From an uncultured Gammaproteobacteria bacterium (GTDB lineage: Bacteria > Pseudomonadota > Gammaproteobacteria > Steroidobacterales > UBA11654): a stretch of DNA of 64,000 bases. Where the stretch lies: NCBI GenBank assembly GCA_902595845.1, contig CACJRN010000002.1, positions 142,879 to 206,878 of the forward strand. The letters are read 5' to 3'. Position 1 is the stretch's first letter. Every line of letters begins with the position of its first letter. Both the position numbers and the translations under genes were made by a program. Positions 31,487 through 39,717 of the stretch are shown piece after piece. The notes below the pieces were generated by a model that saw nothing but the letters and a program-made list of their open reading frames with translations, was not told the DNA's origin and searched no databases.

Positions 31487-32080
31487 CTAATTCAGCTGCT
31501 CAGTTGAAATTTGAGTCATCTCATTTGTCGTTTCTGCTTCTAGGTCTAAGCTAAGATTTTGTGGCTCTTTAATGTCTGGTAGGTCTGGTAACTCACTCAG
31601 TTTCTCTAAACCAAAATAGTCTAAAAATTCATTTGTAGTCGAGAACATTGCGGGCTTTCCTGGTACGTCTCTGTAACCTACAATTTTAATCCAATTCCGA
31701 TCTGTCAGTGTTCGCATAATACTACTACTAACCGAGACACCTCTTATAGACTCAATATCTCCTCTTGTGACAGGCTGCTTATAAGCAATAATAGACAACG
31801 TTTCCATTAATGCTCTTGAATATCTTGGTGTTTTTTCAGCATAGATGATATTTAAAAAGTCATTGATAGATGCCTTTGCTTGAATTCTAAAACCACTCGC
31901 AACTCTGGAAATTTCAATTTCTTTATTTTCATAATCAATTTTAAGTGAGTCTATTGCCTCAAGAACCTCTGCTTTGGTGCATGATTCTTTTGAGTTAATT
32001 ATTTTGTGTATTCTATCTGCAGATAGGGGCTCTCCAGACGACAGCAATAATGCTTCAACGATATATTTAATTTGGCTCAT
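31487..32080 (-). CDS. scpB: Segregation and condensation protein B
   Basis: 197 aa. IVEALLLSSGEPLS...IAYKQPVTRGDIE..RGV winged-helix pattern. Overlaps scpA by 14 nt. Confidence 0.88.
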   Translation of the reverse strand: MSQIKYIVEALLLSSGEPLSADRIHKIINSKESCTKAEVLEAIDSLKIDYENKEIEISRVASGFRIQAKASINDFLNIIYAEKTPRYSRALMETLSIIAYKQPVTRGDIESIRGVSVSSSIMRTLTDRNWIKIVGYRDVPGKPAMFSTTNEFLDYFGLEKLSELPDLPDIKEPQNLSLDLEAETTNEMTQISTEQLN

Positions 32081-32891
32081 GAGTCTCCTTTTCTACAAGC
32101 AATTTAACGTGAATGATCCCAAACTCTTGAGCTTGCACCACCTCGATTAATAATTCTTTCATCAGTTCTAAAATTGCCAAGAATGTGACAACCAAACCAA
32201 TCTTTTGTTCCTGAAGATCAAATAGATCTTCAAATTTAATAAAATCCTTTCCATTAATTTTTTCCAATATTTCTGACATTCTCTCTTTGACTGATAGTGG
32301 TTCTTTCATGAAGTGCAAGGTAGAAAACATTTCTGCTTTTTTGAGTACTTCTTGAAAAGCCATGACCAGATCCGGTAATTCTATATCTGGTAATATGTCT
32401 GGTTGTTGATAATTACCAGTTTCAGCAGTTGATAAGTAAATATCTCGCTCTACTCTATTTATTAAATCAATCTCTTCAGAAACAGATCGGTATCTCTCAT
32501 ACTCCAATAATCTTCTCACTAATTCTGCTCTTGGGTCATCTTCTTCTTCAATTTCTTCAAAAATTGGCAATAACATTTTTGATTTTATTTCAGCGAGCAT
32601 TGCTGCCATCAATAAATATTCGCCTGCTAGACTGAGCTCAAGATCTTGCATGAGATTGATATAGTCAACATATTGCTCTGTGATTTCTGCAATTGGAATA
32701 TCAATAACATCTAGATTCTGCTTTCTAATTAAATACAAGAGTAAATCAAGCGGGCCTTCAAAGGCTTCTAGAAAGACTTGAAGCGCAACAGGAGGGATAT
32801 AGAGATCTTTTGGTAGTTCAGTAAGCTGCTCGCCTTGAACAATTGCAAAGGGCATTTCTGCTTGCATTGGCTTATTTGTAATTTTATCCAT
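32067..32891 (-). CDS. scpA: Segregation and condensation protein A (kleisin)
   Basis: 274 aa. FEGPLDLLLYLIRKQNLDVIDIPIAEIT and LAGEYLLMAAMLAEIKS are typical ScpA N-terminal motifs. Confidence 0.9.
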   Translation of the reverse strand: MDKITNKPMQAEMPFAIVQGEQLTELPKDLYIPPVALQVFLEAFEGPLDLLLYLIRKQNLDVIDIPIAEITEQYVDYINLMQDLELSLAGEYLLMAAMLAEIKSKMLLPIFEEIEEEDDPRAELVRRLLEYERYRSVSEEIDLINRVERDIYLSTAETGNYQQPDILPDIELPDLVMAFQEVLKKAEMFSTLHFMKEPLSVKERMSEILEKINGKDFIKFEDLFDLQEQKIGLVVTFLAILELMKELLIEVVQAQEFGIIHVKLLVEKETHEPN

Positions 32892-33024
32892 ATTTGATTA
32901 AATCCAGCATTTGATCCTCATTGATGATACTAACACCGATATCTTCAGCTTTTTTTATTTTTGGATCATCCATTCAATGATATTGATAGTTATGAAAGTT
33001 TATTTCATCTATTAGTGTTCTCAT
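32884..33024 (-). pseudogene. ligA: Relic of NAD-dependent DNA ligase: about 22 N-terminal codons fused to about 22 C-terminal codons, with an in-frame TGA
   Basis: Hand translation of the zipA-scpA spacer in one frame gives MRTLIDEINFHNYQYH*MDDPKIKKAEDIGVSIINEDQMLDLIKYG*. The first half matches the LigA N-terminus (E. coli [16 protein letters not shown]). The second half matches the LigA BRCT tail (E. coli [24 protein letters not shown]). The position is exactly where ligA sits in smc-zipA-ligA synteny. Confidence 0.7.
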
Positions 33025-33058
33025 TTTTTATTTCAATATCTTTCATATATATTGGTTA

Positions 33059-33529
33059 TTATTCTTTCGATATATTTTCAAGCAATACCCCGTTGAGCTG
33101 TTTCAGCAACATGTCAGAGTCTTTTTCCATTTGATCTGAAACATGTCTATCGAAGATATGATTTTTTGCAATATAGAAAAACGTAAAGCCTTTGATATCT
33201 TTATCATTCTTGAAGTAACCTGGTTCATTCAAATTTGCTACAAAATAAGATGCATCTGCGTTAATTTTTTTTTCAAATATTCCACTGCTATTCAATTTCA
33301 ATTCATAGTTTTTGAATATTTGTATCAGTTCTTTCAAACTTAAGCCACATTCTGAAAGTGATATTCTTAGACTGGGTGTATTCGTTTTTTGAATATTTAT
33401 GTCATTGATTGATATCTTTTCATAAATGTTAATTTCACGATTTGGCTTATCTTTTGCCTTCTTATTGAATAGAAGTATTAGTAAAAGTATGACGAAAACT
33501 AAAGTCAGTAAAATCCAAGCTATATCCAT
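33059..33529 (-). CDS. zipA: Minimal ZipA-like cell-division protein (TM anchor plus FtsZ-binding-like domain, no P/Q linker)
   Basis: 156 aa. N-terminal TM (IAWILLTLVFVILLLILLF). The C-terminal part aligns by eye with the E. coli ZipA C-domain (ASYFVANLNEPGYF..IKGFTFFY vs ALFSLANMVKPGTF..TPGVTIFM; KQLNGVLLEN vs DEVGGVVLDD). 1-nt overlap with the smc stop. Confidence 0.55.
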   Translation of the reverse strand: MDIAWILLTLVFVILLLILLFNKKAKDKPNREINIYEKISINDINIQKTNTPSLRISLSECGLSLKELIQIFKNYELKLNSSGIFEKKINADASYFVANLNEPGYFKNDKDIKGFTFFYIAKNHIFDRHVSDQMEKDSDMLLKQLNGVLLENISKE

Positions 33530-36249
33530 CAGGAGGCTTCGGGCGTTTCTGATAACTCAATCGCCTCATCTAGGTCAACTGAAACCAGCCTGGAAACACC
33601 TGGCTCACTCATTGTTACACCGATTAACTGTTTGGTGAGCTCCATTGTTTTTTTATTGTGCGTAATGACAACAAACTGAACATTGCTACTCATTTCTTTT
33701 ACAATTTCACAGAATCTAGCCACATTTGTGTCATCAAGAGGTGCATCTACCTCGTCCAGAAGACAAAAAGGTGCTGGGTTTAGTTCAAATATAGAGAATA
33801 GAAGCGCAACAGCAGTCAAAGCTTTTTCTCCACCGGAAAGAAGATGAATATTACTATTTCTCTTTCCAGGTGGTCTGGCCATTACAAAGACACCACCATT
33901 CAACGCATCATTGTCTTCAAGTTCAAGATAGGCTTTACCACCATCAAATAAACGCGGGAAGTGTTTTGAAAGGCCTTCATTTACTTTCTCAAAAGTTTCA
34001 CTGAATCTTGACTTTGATTCATCATCAATTTGCTTGATTGCACTAGTTAATGTCTCCAGTGCTCGATTAAGATCTTCAAATTGCTCATCAAGTTTCTCCA
34101 TTCGTTTACTTTCTTCTTTAAATTCAGCTTCAGCAGCAAGATTAATCGCACCAAGACGATCGATACCCCTTAATATTTTTTCAAGTTCTGATGAAAGCGA
34201 ATCCAAAGTCATATTTTTACTAGATGATTTTTCATCAATAGATTTATAGTCAAGATCCATAGAAATCAGCTGTTCATTCAAAGATTCCTTTCTGACCTCA
34301 TATTCTTTTTGTTTCAGCTTGAATCTCTCAAGATCCTCCCTTGCTTGGTTTACTGATGCATTTAGATTCGTTCGATCGACTTCTTGGTTTCTTAAATGCG
34401 ATTGCATTTCTTCTTGTTTTTTTCTCTCAACCTCTAAAGATTTCTCACTCTTTAAGCTCATATTGAGTAGAGACTCCAATTCTTGCTTTTGATCATCATT
34501 AATCGATCTTTGAGGATTCTCCTTTGCTGTTAATTCAAGTGATCTTGATTTTAGTTGAGTCATCTGCGCTTCTAATCTAGTGATGGCAGTTTGAAGTCCT
34601 TGTTGTGATGTTTTAAGCGACTCTGTTTTTAGTTCATCGTCTTGAACCCTCTCTCTTATATTTGCAAGTTTCTGACTCTGGGTATTTCTAAGATTAGCCA
34701 AATCAACTTTCTTTTGGTCAGATTCATTTTTCTTTTTAGTTAATTGATCAATTAATAGCTTTGTTTGACCGCTAATCTTTTTAGATTTAGATAGTTGTTC
34801 CTCATTCTCAGCGATTTTTAATTCAGTATCCTCGTATTCAGATGATAGTTGATTAATTTTTTTCTCAAGTCGATCAATCTGATTGTTTATCGTTTTTGAT
34901 GTCTCATTACCGAAATCAGTGATTGATTCTTCTAATGATGACTTTAAAGCTATAAAACTGTCTTTGAGCTGATGAACATTTATGATGATTTGTTTTTGAC
35001 GGTTTTGTTCAGTAGATTGCTTTTCTAGGAGATTGATCCTAACTGACTCACTTTCAAAAGTTGTCTTCAATTCATTGAGCTCAGCTCTTAGATTTTCATT
35101 CTGCTCATCCTCTATAATCAAATTATCAGAAGTAGTTTTTAGTTCATTTTCAAGTTGAGAAAAATTATTTTTATTTGTTTGATTGGATTTGTTTTTTGAT
35201 TCAAGTTCAGCATTGATTCGTTCTAATTCAATCTGATCCTCAGAGTATTCAACTTTAATACGATCCAGTTCTTTCTTGATTTCCTGAGCATTGATTGATT
35301 TTTGAGATTCCAATTCTTTTTCATATTCGATTGATTGTTCAATCCTTGCGATGTTGGCTTGAATCTCAAAATGATCTTTTTGTTTTAAATTAAAAGACTC
35401 ATTTACTTCGTTATTTTTAATACGAAGTTCTTCTATATCGGCTTCTATTTTTCTTAGTTTTGTTAATCGATCATCATATGTATCTCTATACGATTTTGAT
35501 TCGCTATCATTCTGCTCTAATTTTTTATCTATATCGGATATTTTGCAGTAGATAATCTCGCCTTCTATATCTTTTTCTCTATTCTTGAGTTCTTTGTATT
35601 TTTCAGCATCTCTTGCTTGTTTTTTTAGTCGCTTGATTTGTTTATCAATCTCTTCCTTTAGGTCATTGAGTCGATTTAAGTTCTCTCTGGTATTTTTAAT
35701 TCTAGATTCAGTCTCTTTTCTCTTTTGTTTGTATTTTGAAATCCCAGATGCCTCTTCTAAGAAAACTCTCATTTCATCCGGTTTAGCTTCAATCAAACTA
35801 GAAATCATCGCTTGCTGAACGATGGCATAGCTTCTCGGCCCTAAACCAGTGCCCAAGAAAAGGTTCGTAATGTCTTTCCTTCTGCATTTTGTTCCATTGA
35901 GATAATATTCTGATTGGCCATCTCTCGAAATCACTCTTCTTGTTGATATTTCATTATATTGAGCAAATTCACCAACAATTTTCTTTTCTGAATTATCAAA
36001 GAAGAGTTCAATTGAAGCATTGCTGACAGGCTTTCTTGATGCAGACCCATTGAAAATGACATCTGACATTGATTCGCCTCTTAGATATTTTGCTGATGAC
36101 TCACCTAGAACCCATCTAACAGCATCAATGACATTTGATTTGCCACAGCCATTTGGGCCGACGATTCCTACAAGATTTGAAGGCAGGGTCAGTGTTGTAG
36201 GTTCTACGAACGTTTTAAAGCCTGAAAGTTTGATTTTACTGAGACGCAT
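33529..36249 (-). CDS. smc: Chromosome partition protein SMC, unusually short (906 aa), no recognisable hinge
   Basis: The N-terminal head MRLSKIKLSGFKTF...GPNGCGKSNVIDAVRWVLGESSAKYLRGESMSDVIFNGS is canonical SMC. The C-terminal head has LSGGEKALTAVALLF and LLDEVDAPLDD. The 530 aa in between are continuous coiled-coil-like sequence. Confidence 0.9.
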   Translation of the reverse strand: MRLSKIKLSGFKTFVEPTTLTLPSNLVGIVGPNGCGKSNVIDAVRWVLGESSAKYLRGESMSDVIFNGSASRKPVSNASIELFFDNSEKKIVGEFAQYNEISTRRVISRDGQSEYYLNGTKCRRKDITNLFLGTGLGPRSYAIVQQAMISSLIEAKPDEMRVFLEEASGISKYKQKRKETESRIKNTRENLNRLNDLKEEIDKQIKRLKKQARDAEKYKELKNREKDIEGEIIYCKISDIDKKLEQNDSESKSYRDTYDDRLTKLRKIEADIEELRIKNNEVNESFNLKQKDHFEIQANIARIEQSIEYEKELESQKSINAQEIKKELDRIKVEYSEDQIELERINAELESKNKSNQTNKNNFSQLENELKTTSDNLIIEDEQNENLRAELNELKTTFESESVRINLLEKQSTEQNRQKQIIINVHQLKDSFIALKSSLEESITDFGNETSKTINNQIDRLEKKINQLSSEYEDTELKIAENEEQLSKSKKISGQTKLLIDQLTKKKNESDQKKVDLANLRNTQSQKLANIRERVQDDELKTESLKTSQQGLQTAITRLEAQMTQLKSRSLELTAKENPQRSINDDQKQELESLLNMSLKSEKSLEVERKKQEEMQSHLRNQEVDRTNLNASVNQAREDLERFKLKQKEYEVRKESLNEQLISMDLDYKSIDEKSSSKNMTLDSLSSELEKILRGIDRLGAINLAAEAEFKEESKRMEKLDEQFEDLNRALETLTSAIKQIDDESKSRFSETFEKVNEGLSKHFPRLFDGGKAYLELEDNDALNGGVFVMARPPGKRNSNIHLLSGGEKALTAVALLFSIFELNPAPFCLLDEVDAPLDDTNVARFCEIVKEMSSNVQFVVITHNKKTMELTKQLIGVTMSEPGVSRLVSVDLDEAIELSETPEAS

Positions 36250-36333
36250 ACAACACTATTAAAAACTAATAGTTCATTTTAAAATATATTGTTTCTTATA
36301 TACATATTTAAATTGAAAAAATGAGGCAATAGC

Positions 36334-36720
36334 ATGAATCAAGAATCCAATAATACTCTTCTAGATACATTTGATAATCCAAATTTCGATCATGATTTCT
36401 TAATTAAGATAAAAATTCCTGAATTTACATGTTTGTGCCCTATGACTGGACAGCCTGATTTTGCAAAAATGTATCTCGAATATGTTCCTGAGAAACTTTG
36501 TGTTGAATTGAAATCACTCAAATTGTACATGGCATCATATCGTGAAGAAGGTGCATATCATGAAGCTGTTACTGGAAGAATATATGGACACTTGATGGAT
36601 TTATTGTCACCAAGGTATCTACATTTCAAGTCAAAATTTAATGTAAGAGGAGGAATCTATACTGATGTAGAGTTTACACACCGAGATACTGATTGGAAGC
36701 CTAAAAATAAGATAAAATAA
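36334..36720 (+). CDS. queF: NADPH-dependent 7-cyano-7-deazaguanine (preQ0) reductase, unimodular type
   Basis: 128 aa. EFTCLCPMTGQPDFA catalytic Cys motif and the E(x)LKSLKLY QueF motif. Confidence 0.9.
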   Translation: MNQESNNTLLDTFDNPNFDHDFLIKIKIPEFTCLCPMTGQPDFAKMYLEYVPEKLCVELKSLKLYMASYREEGAYHEAVTGRIYGHLMDLLSPRYLHFKSKFNVRGGIYTDVEFTHRDTDWKPKNKIK

Positions 36721-36737
36721 TTAAAAATAGATATCTA

Positions 36738-36765
36738 TTCACAAAATTGTTTTTCAGAGTATAAT
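36738..36765 (+). promoter_or_regulatory. Candidate sigma70 promoter for dksA
   Basis: TTCACA, 16-nt spacer, TATAAT, 27 nt upstream of the dksA ATG. By-eye match only. Confidence 0.4.
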
Positions 36766-36792
36766 TTTTCTTTTTTTAAAAATACTTTATCG

Positions 36793-37251
36793 ATGCCAAG
36801 AAAGAAAACACAAAAAGAATATGGGTCACTCCTCGAACAATTCGGGATGAAACCATATAAGCCAAAGGCAAGAGAAAAGTATATGTCTAAGCCGCAACTA
36901 AATCACTTTAGAAAACTTCTTAAAGCATGGAAACAGCAATTAGAGATTGAGGCTGAAGAAACAGTAAAACATTTAAAAACTGATAGTAATAACTTGGCTG
37001 ATCCAAATGATCGTGCGACTCAAGAATCAGAATTCGGACTGGAACTTAGAACACGTGATAGAGAAAGAAAACTTCTTAGAAAGATTCAAGTCTCTCTTCT
37101 CAAGATCGATGAAGGCACATTCGGATACTGTGAAGAAACTGGAGAAGAAATCGGTCTAAAACGACTTGAGGCACGTCCAGTTGCTACATATACTCTTGAA
37201 GCTCAAGAGCGAAGAGAGATTACCGAGAAGCAGTTTAAAGATACAAGATAA
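36793..37251 (+). CDS. dksA: RNA polymerase-binding transcription factor DksA, Zn-finger-less variant
   Basis: 152 aa. Coiled-coil tip DPNDRATQESEFGLELRTRDRERKLLRKI matches DksA. The C-terminal region reads CEET-x17-TLEA instead of CxxC-x17-CxxC, with one Cys in the whole protein. Confidence 0.88.
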   Translation: MPRKKTQKEYGSLLEQFGMKPYKPKAREKYMSKPQLNHFRKLLKAWKQQLEIEAEETVKHLKTDSNNLADPNDRATQESEFGLELRTRDRERKLLRKIQVSLLKIDEGTFGYCEETGEEIGLKRLEARPVATYTLEAQERREITEKQFKDTR

Positions 37252-39333
37252 TTAATCTTTAATTGCTTTCATTGAAAGCCTAATCCTATTTTGGCGATCA
37301 ACTTCAATCACTTTAACATTAATAACTTGTCCTTCACTAAGAACATCAGTAACTGATTCAACTCTTTCTTCAGAGATCTCAGATATATGAACCAAACCAT
37401 CTTTACCTGGTAGGATTGTTACAAATGCTCCAAAATCCATTATTTTAGCCACTCTTCCTTCATAGATTTTATCTACTTCTACATCAGCAGTGAGTAATTC
37501 TATTTTTTCTTTTGCTTTCAGTCCTGATTCTTGATCCACAGATGCAATCGTAACAATACCATCATCATTGATATCAACTTGGGCTCCAGTAACTTCTGTG
37601 ATTGATCTAATTGTTGCTCCACCTTTTCCAATTACATCTCGTATTTTATCCTTAGGAACTGTCATGCTAATAATAGATGGTGCATATGGTGAATAATCAT
37701 CTGCTGGTGATGATATCGCATCATTCATTATTTTAAGAATGTGGTCTTTTGCATCCTTTGCCTGACTTAGAGCATCTTTCATGATCTCTTCAGTGATTCC
37801 AGCTATTTTTATGTCCATTTGAAGCGCAGTGATTCCATTGTCAGTTCCTGCTACTTTAAAGTCCATATCACCAAGATGATCTTCATCGCCAAGGATATCG
37901 GTCAAGACTTTATATTTATCACCATCCATGACCAGTCCCATAGCGATACCTGCAACATGAGTCTTAATTGGAACACCGGCATTCATCAATGAAAGGCTTG
38001 ATCCGCATACTGTGGCCATAGAGCTTGAACCATTGGATTCAGTTATTTCAGATACAATTCTAATTGTATATGGATATTCATCCATATTTGGTAAGACAGC
38101 TTCTAGAGCTCTTCTAGCCAATTTGCCATGACCAATCTCTCTTCTTTTTGGTGAGCCCATAAATCCAACCTCTCCGACTGAGTATGGTGGAAAGTTATAG
38201 TGAAGCATGAACTTATCCTTGTATTCGCCTTCAAGTGCATCAATGATTTGTGATGATCTTTCAGAGCCCAAAGTAGTTACAACAATGGACTGAGTTTCGC
38301 CTCGAGTAAATAAAGCAGATCCATGCGTTCTCTCAAGAACATTGAGATCGACATTGATATTCCTGACTGTTTTAGTATCTCTGCCATCAATTCTTGGCTC
38401 ACCATTGAGTATTTTTGATCGCACAATCTCTTTCTCAATTTTTTTGATCTCAGATACAATGTCATCTTTTGAGATTTCTTCATCTGACTCAGTAAGTTGA
38501 TCGATTGTACTTTGCTTAATTTCTGCTAGACGGCTAGATCTTTCTGACTTTTCAACAATTGCATAAGCGCTTTCAATATCAGCACCAGAGATCTCTTTGA
38601 CTTTATTATTTAATGTTTCATCTTTTTCAATTTCGTCAAGAATCCATTTTTCTTTCCCTGCTTTCTTAACTAGATCATTAATTCCATCGATAATTTTCTT
38701 TATCTCATCGTGTCCTTTCATTACACAATCTAGCATGACTTCTTCGGAAAGCTCTTTTGCTTCAGATTCAACCATAAGAATAGCATCTGTTGTTCCAGCA
38801 ACTACTAGATCAAGTTCAGAATTTTCCATTTCTGATACAGTCGGATTTATGACAGACTTGTTGTCAATATACCCAACTCTTACGCCAGCAATAGGACCAT
38901 TAAATGGAATGTCTGAAATAGATAATGCTGCTGATGCAGCTATCATGGAGATTACATCTGTTTGCACCTCAGGATTAAGACTCATAACTGTTATAACAAC
39001 TTGAACCTCATTAAGGAAATCATCTCTGAATGATGGTCTTAAAGGCCTATCAATTAGTCTTGAGATGAGCGTTTCCTTCTCTGATGGCCTACCTTCTCTT
39101 TTAAAGAATCCACCTGGAATCTTCCCAGCCGCGTAAGTTTTTTCTTGATAATTTACCGATAGTGGAAAGAAGCTTTGATTTTCTGCTGCTTCTCTTTTTG
39201 CTGCAACAGTTGCTAAGACAGTAGTGCCATCACATGATGCAATTACTGAACCGTTTGCTTGTCTTGCTACTTTTCCTGTTTCGAGGGTGATTTTTTGATC
39301 ATTGACTATGATCTCGCTAGATATTTGATTCAC
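37252..39333 (-). CDS. pnp: Polyribonucleotide nucleotidyltransferase (PNPase)
   Basis: 693 aa. Two RNase PH domains (GSSSMATVCG), KH (GKGGATIRSI) and S1 (GAFVTILPGKDGLVHISE). GTG start preceded by AAGGAAGGAAAG. rpsO-pnp synteny. Confidence 0.97.
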   Translation of the reverse strand: MNQISSEIIVNDQKITLETGKVARQANGSVIASCDGTTVLATVAAKREAAENQSFFPLSVNYQEKTYAAGKIPGGFFKREGRPSEKETLISRLIDRPLRPSFRDDFLNEVQVVITVMSLNPEVQTDVISMIAASAALSISDIPFNGPIAGVRVGYIDNKSVINPTVSEMENSELDLVVAGTTDAILMVESEAKELSEEVMLDCVMKGHDEIKKIIDGINDLVKKAGKEKWILDEIEKDETLNNKVKEISGADIESAYAIVEKSERSSRLAEIKQSTIDQLTESDEEISKDDIVSEIKKIEKEIVRSKILNGEPRIDGRDTKTVRNINVDLNVLERTHGSALFTRGETQSIVVTTLGSERSSQIIDALEGEYKDKFMLHYNFPPYSVGEVGFMGSPKRREIGHGKLARRALEAVLPNMDEYPYTIRIVSEITESNGSSSMATVCGSSLSLMNAGVPIKTHVAGIAMGLVMDGDKYKVLTDILGDEDHLGDMDFKVAGTDNGITALQMDIKIAGITEEIMKDALSQAKDAKDHILKIMNDAISSPADDYSPYAPSIISMTVPKDKIRDVIGKGGATIRSITEVTGAQVDINDDGIVTIASVDQESGLKAKEKIELLTADVEVDKIYEGRVAKIMDFGAFVTILPGKDGLVHISEISEERVESVTDVLSEGQVINVKVIEVDRQNRIRLSMKAIKD

Positions 39334-39376
39334 TGACTTTCCTTCCTTTATATGGCCAATCGACCATTGATATGAC

Positions 39377-39646
39377 TTACTTTCTTAATCCAAGATCAGA
39401 TATTAATTGTTTATAAGATGAAAGGTTCTTTGACTTAAGGTAATCAAGAAGCTTTCTTCTTTTATTCACCATCATCAATAGACCTCTACGGGAATGATTG
39501 TCTTTCTTATGAGTCTTAAAATGATTAGTTAATGATTCAATTTTTTGAGTCAAAAGTGCGACTTGGACATTGGGAGAACCAGTGTCCATCTCAGAAGTTT
39601 TATACTTATCAATCACTTCTCTTTTTTTATCTGTATTTATTGTCAT
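39377..39646 (-). CDS. rpsO: 30S ribosomal protein S15
   Basis: 89 aa. [16 protein letters not shown]...HKKD.HSRRGLL. Confidence 0.97.
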   Translation of the reverse strand: MTINTDKKREVIDKYKTSEMDTGSPNVQVALLTQKIESLTNHFKTHKKDNHSRRGLLMMVNKRRKLLDYLKSKNLSSYKQLISDLGLRK

Positions 39647-39717
39647 ATTTAATAATATTTAATAATTTCAAATCGCTATTCTACATAGTTTCAACATTAC
39701 AACAACAAGTTAATGAA

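Noticed and set aside
36726-36739. A perfect 14-bp palindrome AATAGATATCTATT lies just after the queF stop and overlaps the proposed dksA -35.
   Set aside because: It is entirely A/T-rich, has no loop and occurs only once in the window. In DNA of this composition such palindromes are expected by chance, so it is not enough to call an operator or terminator.
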